Assembly: GCA_963708525.1 (NCBI GenBank)
Contig: CAVPTH010000009.1
Span: 273,351-337,350, forward strand
Reading direction: 5' to 3'
DNA: 64,000 nt
Source: an uncultured Verrucomicrobiae bacterium
GTDB lineage: Bacteria; Verrucomicrobiota; Verrucomicrobiia; Limisphaerales; UBA11358
Of this stretch, positions 54,324 through 61,916 are shown piece by piece. Position 1 is the stretch's first letter; every line of letters begins with the position of its first letter. A program made the position numbers and the translations under genes. Below the pieces are notes generated by a model. That model made no database searches, was not told the origin of the DNA, and saw nothing but the letters and a program-made list of their open reading frames with translations.

Positions 54324-54725
54324 ATGAAACAAACCAAGGAAAGCTCGAACACTATCCTCTGGGTTGAAGCCTTCGGCTTCTCGATATTGATTGCGTTTTC
54401 GTGGCTGACGGAAGTAACACGGATCCCCCATCTTCTTTTCGGCGAGCCGTTCACACCCAATTGGCACCGGGCGATTTTGCGGACCATAGTAATAGCTCTG
54501 ATCTGGACCTGGGTCCATCTGGCAACCCGGCGGCTGCTGAAACGGTTGCATCATCTGGAGGAATTCCTGCGGATCTGCAGCTGGTGTCGCAAAGTATGTC
54601 ATGAAGGGGATTGGCTTACCCTGGAAGAGTATTTCAACTCCAAGTTCGCCACGCAGACGTCGCACGGCATGTGTCCGGAATGCCTGAAAAAAGGTGTTCA
54701 AGAACTCAAAGAAGGCGGGAAATAG
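54324..54725 (+). CDS. small two-TM protein with C-terminal Cys4-type zinc-ribbon-like motif
   Basis: MKQTKESSN start at 54324. Two hydrophobic helices, then ICSWCRKVCHEGDWLTLEEYF...SHGMCPECLKK. Confidence 0.5.
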   Translation: MKQTKESSNTILWVEAFGFSILIAFSWLTEVTRIPHLLFGEPFTPNWHRAILRTIVIALIWTWVHLATRRLLKRLHHLEEFLRICSWCRKVCHEGDWLTLEEYFNSKFATQTSHGMCPECLKKGVQELKEGGK

Positions 54726-54897
54726 GGAGTAAAAAAGCGGCGGGCGTTGAGCAACATACAAATACGACTAAATATGACTTGTATCCAACATCCGCCGCCA
54801 AAACTTGGGCTACCATGGCCAACTTAAGCCGGTTTCCTCTTTTGACAAGTGACGTTTGCGTTCCAAATTTGTGACGGCCCCTGACGCTTGACCATTC

Positions 54898-56016
54898 ATG
54901 CTTATGAAAAGTTTCTTTCTCGCCATCCTCACTTTGATCGCCGCTGGCTTTGTCCGGGTTGAAGCGACCGAACCCAATCCAGCGCCCGTGCACCTCGCGA
55001 TTTACGGTCTGGTTCATGATCACGTGAAAGGGTTCCTGCCCAACGTGCTCAAAAGCCGGGAAGTGCAACTGGTCGGTATTGTCGAACCCAACCACGATCT
55101 GGCCATGCGCATCGCGGCTTCGTTTCACCTGGACACGAACCTCTTCCACGCCACGTTGGATGACTTGCTCGCTCGCACGAACGTGGACGCGGTGGCGACG
55201 TTTACGAGCACATACGATCACTGCCGCGTCGTCGAGGAATGTGCTCCGCACGGCCTGACCGTGATGATGGAAAAGCCATTGGCCGTGAATTTGAAGGATG
55301 GCCGCGCGATTGCGGCGACGGCTAAAAAATACGGCATCCCGATTATTGTAAATTATGAAACCACCTGGTACCCGGGAAACCAGGCGGCTTACGATCTGAT
55401 CTGCCAACAACATGCCATCGGTGACATCCGCAAAATCGAGGTGAACGACGGGCATTGGGGCCCGAAGGAAATCGGCTGTTCCCAGGACTTTCTGGCCTGG
55501 CTCACGGATCCCAAACTCGACGGCGGCGGCGCGCTGATGGATTTCGGCTGTTACGGTGCAGACCTGATGACGTGGCTGATGCAGGGCGAAAGACCCACCT
55601 CGGTCTTTGCTGTGACGCAACATTTCAAACCGGACGTGTATCCAAAGGTGGAAGACGAAGCGACCATTGTAGTGACATATCCCAAAGCGCAGGGAATCAT
55701 CCAGGCCTCCTGGAACTGGCCGTATAACCGCAAGGACATGGAAATTTACGGTACTGGCGGCTATGTGTTCGTGCCCCTAAGCAATGCGTTGCGCGTGGTG
55801 AAAAATAACGGCGTGGAAACCCAATCCACGGTCCCTCCGCTGACCGGCACACAGGCCGATTATTTGTCGTATCTCGCTGCCGTGGTGCACAAGGAAATCC
55901 AACCTTCAGGGCTTTCTTCCCTGGACCTGAACCTGACCGTGATGGAAATTCTGGATGCCGCCCGAGAATCGGCCAGAACCGGCAAGCGCATTGATCTACC
56001 GGCGCATGTACTTTGA
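54898..56016 (+). CDS. Gfo/Idh/MocA-family oxidoreductase with signal peptide
   Basis: 372 aa. LAIYGLVHDH Rossmann start, MMEKPLA, and the C-terminal alpha/beta domain. Confidence 0.8.
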   Translation: MLMKSFFLAILTLIAAGFVRVEATEPNPAPVHLAIYGLVHDHVKGFLPNVLKSREVQLVGIVEPNHDLAMRIAASFHLDTNLFHATLDDLLARTNVDAVATFTSTYDHCRVVEECAPHGLTVMMEKPLAVNLKDGRAIAATAKKYGIPIIVNYETTWYPGNQAAYDLICQQHAIGDIRKIEVNDGHWGPKEIGCSQDFLAWLTDPKLDGGGALMDFGCYGADLMTWLMQGERPTSVFAVTQHFKPDVYPKVEDEATIVVTYPKAQGIIQASWNWPYNRKDMEIYGTGGYVFVPLSNALRVVKNNGVETQSTVPPLTGTQADYLSYLAAVVHKEIQPSGLSSLDLNLTVMEILDAARESARTGKRIDLPAHVL

Positions 56017-56069
56017 CCAAACTCGTTTCTCTTTACGACTTTATTGATAGAGAATATTTTTTCTTTCAA

Positions 56070-56984
56070 ATGGCTTCTGACTCCAGCGCAGATAATCAGC
56101 CTGAGGAAGCCAAAGCTATAGTCGTCCGCGTTTTCAGCAGCCGCGAAAGCGCAGCGCTGGCGGTTGGAAATTTGGAAGCTCGCGGTATCGCTAGTTGGAT
56201 CACCGCCGATGATTGCGGTGGAATGTACCCGAGTCTGACAGCACCCGGCGGTGTGCGTTTGCATGTTCTCGCTTCGGATGCCGAGGCGGCCCTGGCTTTG
56301 CTGAATACACCGGCATCACCCGCTGAAGTAAACCAAATTGAGGTCGAGGCCGTTGCCTCTGCTCCGCCGGAACCCGTTTCGCAAAAACCACTGGCCCAAG
56401 GTCAGATCCTGTTGGGGATTATAATCGGAGCAATTCTTGGAGTTATCATTTGTTTACTTTATCAATGGGCAGACGAACTTGGGACAAAAACATACTACCA
56501 TCATCGAGCTGGCAAACGCGATGAGGCTTGGGTTTATCGCGACGGACGTCTGGTCGAATTTCTTCAAGACCGAAACTTTGACGGGCATTGGGATCATTGG
56601 ACTCATTATAAAAATGGGCGCGCAGTGCGTTCGGAATCAGATCATAATTTTGATGGAAAGCCGGACGAATGGTGGACGTTTTCCGATGACGGGAGGGATA
56701 CCCTCCAAAAAGACACAGACTTCAATGGTGTCCCCGACGAGTTTTGCACCTACAAACACCAAATAATTCAGCAAATGGATATGAAGCCAAACGGATCGAA
56801 ATATACCACGGTGCGAGAAATCTTTAAGGACGGAGTGCTGACAGAAGAATGGCGAGGCGGTGACAGCAACGGCAATTTTAAAGAAATCGTGCGCTACGAT
56901 CCGTTTTTCAATCCGGTAGATACAAGTCCCATTAACGAAAAGAGTTCTGCTCCATTTCAGTTACTATCACCTGCTTCCAAATAG
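56070..56984 (+). CDS. membrane protein: DUF2007-like N-domain, one TM helix, repeated D-x-NFDG-x-D-x-W modules
   Basis: ATG at 56070 (MASDSSADN). VVRVFSSRESAALAVGNLEARGI, TM helix ILLGIIIGAILGVIICLLY, then the repeats DRNFDGHWDHW, DHNFDGKPDEWW and DTDFNGVPDEF. Confidence 0.45.
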   Translation: MASDSSADNQPEEAKAIVVRVFSSRESAALAVGNLEARGIASWITADDCGGMYPSLTAPGGVRLHVLASDAEAALALLNTPASPAEVNQIEVEAVASAPPEPVSQKPLAQGQILLGIIIGAILGVIICLLYQWADELGTKTYYHHRAGKRDEAWVYRDGRLVEFLQDRNFDGHWDHWTHYKNGRAVRSESDHNFDGKPDEWWTFSDDGRDTLQKDTDFNGVPDEFCTYKHQIIQQMDMKPNGSKYTTVREIFKDGVLTEEWRGGDSNGNFKEIVRYDPFFNPVDTSPINEKSSAPFQLLSPASK

Positions 56985-56988
56985 TGTT

Positions 56989-59148
56989 TCACACAATCTC
57001 CACCGGACATTTGGGCAGGGCGTCGAGAAAGGATTGGCCGTATTGCTTCGTTAAAACCCGGTTGTCCAGCACCACGATAATGCCGGTATCGGTTTTGGTG
57101 CGAATCAATCGGCCGACGCCCTGGCGGAATTTCAGAATCGCCTCGGGCAGGGAAAATTCGCCGAAGGAATTGCCGCCGCGCGCTTCAATCGCCTCAATGC
57201 GCGCCTCGATCAGCGGATGGTCCGGCACGGCAAACGGCAACCGCGTGATGATGACGTTGCTCAACGCCTCGCCCGGCACGTCCACGCCCTGCCAGAAACT
57301 GTCCGTGCCGAACAGCACCGAATCCACGTCGTCCTTGAATTTCTCCAGCATGGTCGAGCGCGGCGTGCCGGTGCCCTGCACAAAACAGGCGACGCCGAGC
57401 TTGTCGAAAAACGGCGCCATCCGCTCGCCCAATTCCTGCATGAGTTTGTAATTGGTGAACAGCACGAACGCCTTGCCGTGGGTTTGCTTGACGAAATGCG
57501 CAATCCAATGTTCAAGCGCGTCGGCATAGCCGGCCTCGCGCGGATCGGGCATTTTTTTGGCCACGAAAATTTTCATCTGCCGCTCGTATTCAAACGGCGT
57601 GCCGACCTGAAGTTGGGTGGCGGATTCGGCGCCGACGCGGCGGATAAAATACTGGAGACCCGGAGTGGAATTTTTGGTTTTGTCAGTAGTCAGTAGTTCG
57701 TAGTTGGTAGCCTTTAACTTTGGCTGTCCAGGTACTGACTGCTGGCTTCTGACTACTGACTGCGTTGCGAGCGTCGCGCTGGTCATGACGATGCTGGTGT
57801 CACTTTCAAACAAACGCCGGCGCAGAAACTCCGCCACGTCAACTGGCGCAGCGTTCAGGGTAAGGTTTTTGTGCGCCTTGCCACCGCGTTCCACCCAATA
57901 AACATGGTCACCGGCGCTCTGCTCGAGAAACGCCTTCACCTCCACCCGCAATTCGTCCAATCGCCGGTTGCATTCAATCAATTCCTGCCCGATGTCCTTG
58001 TCTTCGCTCGTCTTGATCATATCGCCGACGGCCTCACGCAACCGTTGAATCGACAACGTAACATTGTCCTTCACGAGTTCGGCCCGGCGAATGCGAAGTT
58101 CCGTCCATTTCCGACCGGCGGGGCGGGAGTCGGTCGAACCGAACCTGTTTTTACCTGCGGATTTTTGGATTTCCTCACAGGCGGTCTCAACATTTTCAAA
58201 AAATTTGTCGGCTTCGCCAAGAATGTCGGCCACCAGCTTCACCGCTCCACCTTGACGCAATGTGCCTAGCAGGCCCTTTTCCGTGCGCGGATTCCACAAC
58301 CGGTTCAAAGCGTAGCGCACCTGACCGCTCGACACGCTCAGCCCGATGTGTTTGGACGCGACCGGTTCCATCTGGTGGGCCTCGTCGAAAATCACAAAGT
58401 CGTTCTTAAACAGGATGCCGCCGTCCATCTCTTCGTCCACGCCGCCCAGCAACGTGAAAAACAGTGTGTGATTCAACACCAGCACGTCTGACGAGAGGAA
58501 TTTATTCCGGGCACGCTGGAAAAAACACACGCCGTGGTCTTTGGCGAAATCGGACGGGAAGCCACACACCTTGGGCGAACACAGGCCGCGCTCGGAGCAG
58601 ACCTGTGCCCAGACCTTCGGGTCCGGCTCGACCTCAAAATCCGACAGGCTGCCGTCCCGGGTTTCCTTCGACCACTCGTAAATGCGCTGGAGTTCCTCGG
58701 CCTCGGAGGAGGTGAACAGGTTGCCGGACTGCTGCATGGCCTTTTGCAGCCGGCGGGTGCAGAGATAGTTCGCGCGGCCTTTGAGCATGGAAAAGCTGAA
58801 CTTCACGGGCAAAATTTGCGCCAGCATCGGCAGGTCCTTTTCAGTGAGCTGCTCCTGCAAATTGATGGTGTGCGTGGAAACGATGGCCTTTTTCTTTTCG
58901 GCGACGGCGAATAAAATGGCCGGAATCAGGTAGGCGAGCGATTTGCCGACACCGGTACCGGCCTCGACGGCGAGATGTTCGCGGTTCTGCAACGCCCGCG
59001 CCACCGCCACGGCCATTTCCTGCTGTTGCGGGCGGAATTCAAAATTCTTCGCGCGCGACAGGATGCCCGACGGGGAAAAAATTTCCTCAACCTGTCTGAC
59101 CAGATCGATGGCTGCCCCGGCGGGTTGAGATTCGATGACAGAAATCAT
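56989..59148 (-). CDS. dinG: DinG/Rad3-family Fe-S ATP-dependent DNA helicase
   Basis: 719 aa. AVEAGTGVGKSLAYL (Walker A), DEAH box IFDEAHQME, Fe-S cysteines (YLCTRR ... VCSERGLCSPKVCG ... VCFF), C-terminal FWQGVDVPGE ... QGVGRLIR. Confidence 0.85.
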   Translation of the reverse strand: MISVIESQPAGAAIDLVRQVEEIFSPSGILSRAKNFEFRPQQQEMAVAVARALQNREHLAVEAGTGVGKSLAYLIPAILFAVAEKKKAIVSTHTINLQEQLTEKDLPMLAQILPVKFSFSMLKGRANYLCTRRLQKAMQQSGNLFTSSEAEELQRIYEWSKETRDGSLSDFEVEPDPKVWAQVCSERGLCSPKVCGFPSDFAKDHGVCFFQRARNKFLSSDVLVLNHTLFFTLLGGVDEEMDGGILFKNDFVIFDEAHQMEPVASKHIGLSVSSGQVRYALNRLWNPRTEKGLLGTLRQGGAVKLVADILGEADKFFENVETACEEIQKSAGKNRFGSTDSRPAGRKWTELRIRRAELVKDNVTLSIQRLREAVGDMIKTSEDKDIGQELIECNRRLDELRVEVKAFLEQSAGDHVYWVERGGKAHKNLTLNAAPVDVAEFLRRRLFESDTSIVMTSATLATQSVVRSQQSVPGQPKLKATNYELLTTDKTKNSTPGLQYFIRRVGAESATQLQVGTPFEYERQMKIFVAKKMPDPREAGYADALEHWIAHFVKQTHGKAFVLFTNYKLMQELGERMAPFFDKLGVACFVQGTGTPRSTMLEKFKDDVDSVLFGTDSFWQGVDVPGEALSNVIITRLPFAVPDHPLIEARIEAIEARGGNSFGEFSLPEAILKFRQGVGRLIRTKTDTGIIVVLDNRVLTKQYGQSFLDALPKCPVEIV
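57682..57760. repeat. hairpin of inverted heptamer arrays GTCAGTA x4 / TACTGAC x4, in-frame inside dinG
   Basis: Left arm: GTCAGTA GTCAGTA GTTCGTA GTTGGTA (57682-57709). 23-nt loop. Right arm: TACTGAC TGCTGGC TTCTGAC TACTGAC (57733-57760). Confidence 0.85.
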
Positions 59149-59996
59149 TTATCAAAGGGTCGGCTGCTGATAACGACCTTCAGCCCGGCCGTTTTACCGG
59201 GCGCGAGCGAAAGCTTATTCTGCTTTACGTTGCCGGACTCCACGCAAACCATCGTTTTGTGTTCCGCCGGATCGAAATCGTCGGGCAATTTCTGCGTGGT
59301 CCACGGATTCCAGACGACGGTGGAATGGGAGCTGAATTTTTCCACGCGGATGGTCCGATTCAGGTTTTCATCACAGATTTCCACCGGACTGGTCGCGTTG
59401 GGATATACGCGGTTGGTTTCCCTCGTGATATGCAACGTGGAACCGTTTTCCAGTCTGCGGACACCGGCCGCACCGGCAGCGAAGTCGTCAAACGGCAAGC
59501 CTTGCAGACCGGTAACGAAGACCTGCGCGATGTCGCCGACGTGAAAATAAGTATGCAAACAATTTTCGATCACCTGCATTTCCGCACAGGAATCATTCGT
59601 GGTCATCAACTCCATGGTCAGCGTGTCCGCCACCGTCACGACGAATACCGTTCGGAGACCTTTCCAGGCTTCGCGCCCGGGAATCTGCGGCAGCGCAAAG
59701 GTCAAAGTCACCGCCCCGGCCGGTACAGCGGAGGTTTTGACCAGCTGCCACTCGCTGACGCGCGCGAATCCATGGGAAGGTTCATGGTCGCGATTGCCGA
59801 ACCACGGATAACAAACGGGCACCCCGCCGCGAATGGGCTGGCCCGGCGCGAAAAAACTTTTGGTGCTCAGGAACAGCAGAGGCGCTTCGCCGTTCTTTTG
59901 AAACCCGGTAATATGCGCGCCGTGAAGATAAATTTCCGCCGTGCTCCGGCCGGTGGCGACGTCAATTTTTGGCAGATCACCGTTGCCCCGGGCCAA
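59145..59996 (-). CDS. aldose 1-epimerase family protein (D-hexose-6-phosphate mutarotase-like)
   Basis: 283 aa. IRGGVPVCYPWFGN ... HGFAR ... CLHTYF ... ESGN. TTG start. Its stop overlaps the dinG start (ATGA). Confidence 0.8.
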   Translation of the reverse strand: MARGNGDLPKIDVATGRSTAEIYLHGAHITGFQKNGEAPLLFLSTKSFFAPGQPIRGGVPVCYPWFGNRDHEPSHGFARVSEWQLVKTSAVPAGAVTLTFALPQIPGREAWKGLRTVFVVTVADTLTMELMTTNDSCAEMQVIENCLHTYFHVGDIAQVFVTGLQGLPFDDFAAGAAGVRRLENGSTLHITRETNRVYPNATSPVEICDENLNRTIRVEKFSSHSTVVWNPWTTQKLPDDFDPAEHKTMVCVESGNVKQNKLSLAPGKTAGLKVVISSRPFDK

Positions 59997-60252
59997 ACGG
60001 ATACGTCCCGGAATTTCAAATTTTAGTTAATGATTCGGAAAAAGCCGGTGTTGACATAAACGGCATCCTTTTAACACAAACCGCCGAGGTGCACAGTTTT
60101 TTGTGATCTAAAATGCACGACACCGGGAACATCGCGCGCGGCCGGATAACCCGGCCGGCGCTGAAGGTACGCGGAAAATCATTGAAATTCCCCGGGCGAT
60201 CATTGTAATGGTCAGCCAAGGCGTTCCCGACCAATGGAAACTGATTAAACTT

Positions 60253-60801
60253 ATGAACGAAAACATCCCTCCGCTATCCGGCAGCGCACCCCAACCCAAA
60301 AATTCCGGACTGGCCATCTCGAGCCTCGTGTTGGGGATAATCGGCCTGGTGCTGCTCCTGATCTGTATCGGGCCGCTGTTCGCCATTCCAGCCGTTATTT
60401 GCGGGCATATGGCTTATTCGCGCATCAACCGTTCCGGCGGCGCCTTGGTTGGCCAGGGGATGGCTCTGGCCGGTCTGATTACCGGTTATCTGAGCATCGC
60501 ACTCTCCATCTTTCTGATCCCGATGATGCTGGCCATTGCTATTCCCAATTTCGTCAAGGCACGTGATACGGCTATGCAAAACGCCTGCATCAATAATCTC
60601 CGTATGCTTGACGCCGCCAAACAGCAATGGGCCCTGGAAAATAATAAGAAGGGGGATGACATTCCCACGGCGGCAGACCTCAAGCCCTTTTTGAAAAACG
60701 GCATTTTCCCGATTTGCCCCTCCGGTGGCGTTTACACGATCGGCGCGGTCAGTAACGCACCGGCCTGCTCGATTCCCGGCCATACATTTTTGAGCGATTG
60801 A
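60253..60801 (+). CDS. DUF4190-like two-TM domain fused to a pseudopilin-like (GspG-type) helix and globular domain
   Basis: ATG at 60253 (MNENIPPLSG). GLAISSLVLGIIGLVLL ... AIPAVICGHMA (DUF4190-like), then MLAIAIPNFVKARDTAMQNACINNLRMLDAAKQQWALE (pilin-type helix). No G-FTLIE prepilin cleavage site. Confidence 0.55.
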   Translation: MNENIPPLSGSAPQPKNSGLAISSLVLGIIGLVLLLICIGPLFAIPAVICGHMAYSRINRSGGALVGQGMALAGLITGYLSIALSIFLIPMMLAIAIPNFVKARDTAMQNACINNLRMLDAAKQQWALENNKKGDDIPTAADLKPFLKNGIFPICPSGGVYTIGAVSNAPACSIPGHTFLSD

Positions 60802-60841
60802 CGGTTGGCTGGTAGTCAGCCCTTCCGCAAGCAGCAAGGAT

Positions 60842-60881
60842 CGTAAAAGCAACAGGCGCGTCCTGTAGAGGGACGCGCCTG
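60842..60881 (-). terminator. terminator hairpin serving the minus-strand repeat-protein gene
   Basis: CAGGCGCGTCC-ctgtagag-GGACGCGCCTG (11-bp stem). On the minus strand it is followed by TTGCTTTTAC. Confidence 0.6.
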
Positions 60882-60887
60882 ATGATG

Positions 60888-60915
60888 CGGCCGGTCATCG
60901 ACCGGCCGGTTTATT
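60888..60915 (+). terminator. terminator-like hairpin after the DUF4190-pseudopilin gene
   Basis: CGGCCGGTC-atc-GACCGGCCG followed by GTTTATT. The T tract is weak. Confidence 0.45.
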
Positions 60916-60925
60916 AGTTAACGGT

Positions 60926-61762
60926 TTATTTGTTTTCCGCCACCGTACTGCCTGACCCGTTTGCGGGGGCAATCCGGTTGACCACGTTCACGCCGTTGAC
61001 GTTGTAGTAACTGAACCTGAGGCTTTCGCCGGGCCGCAGATCGGTCAACTTGCCGTTGGTCTTGCCGTTAATCACCACGGCACAGTCATCGCCCACGTTG
61101 AATTTCTTCGAGGTGAACATGGCCTTGGCCGTTATGGTTTTCTGGTCCAGGTCAATCGCCGTCAGATCGCCCGTGAACGTTTGGCTGGTTTGCGCGATTT
61201 GTCGCGCCGTGGCTTTGCCGTTCGGGACTTCATAGGTGATCAACACATGATTGCCGGGTTGAATATCGGCAATCGTGCCGGACCTGTCACCGCGGAGGGT
61301 GACTTCACAATCAGTCGGCAGTTGGAACTTCTTGTCCATCACTGCCTGGTCCAGTGTCAACGTCTGCGTTGCCGGGTCGATGGATTTGACCATGCCCTCA
61401 TCCCGCATCGGTTGTTGCGTCACGCGGTCCGCCACCAGTACGCCATGCGCATCCTGGTAACCCACGGTGACCTTCTGGCCGGGTCGCAAATCGCCGGCCG
61501 TTCCGCTGTCCTGGCCGACCATGGCATAGGTACAGGCGTCGCCCAGGTTGAACTTTTTGTCGCTGAACGGGAAACTTTTCAGCTCCAGTGTGTGTTCCTT
61601 CGGGTCAATCGAAACGATCGTACCCGTGTAGGTTTTGTCCGGTTTCGCAGCCGCATTTGCCGATGCGTCGTCCGCCAATGCGCGGTACCCCGCCGTCGCT
61701 GTCACGGCCGACAAACAAACAGCTGCCCATGTACGCAATGCTTTATTTTTCATATATATCAT
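60926..61762 (-). CDS. secreted protein made of three ~70-aa internal repeats, unknown function
   Basis: Signal peptide KNKALRTWAAVCLSAVTATA, then three copies of the pattern G-x-[IV]-x-[SA]ID-x5-T[IL]-x-[LA]-x6-KKF-x7-C...GDL/ADI/TDL-xPG-x-... Confidence 0.55.
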   Translation of the reverse strand: MIYMKNKALRTWAAVCLSAVTATAGYRALADDASANAAAKPDKTYTGTIVSIDPKEHTLELKSFPFSDKKFNLGDACTYAMVGQDSGTAGDLRPGQKVTVGYQDAHGVLVADRVTQQPMRDEGMVKSIDPATQTLTLDQAVMDKKFQLPTDCEVTLRGDRSGTIADIQPGNHVLITYEVPNGKATARQIAQTSQTFTGDLTAIDLDQKTITAKAMFTSKKFNVGDDCAVVINGKTNGKLTDLRPGESLRFSYYNVNGVNVVNRIAPANGSGSTVAENK

Positions 61763-61916
61763 TAGATAAGTAACAAATCGCTGCGTTCAACCGGAAAAGG
61801 CCTGTTTTAGCCGCTAAACCGGCCCGAAAGTGGAAGCCCAGCGTTCCACCAGGCCGCATCTTTGCCTTGTCCGCGATGGCCCCTTTCAGCTACTAGAGAA
61901 CAAACCTGCTGACCCT

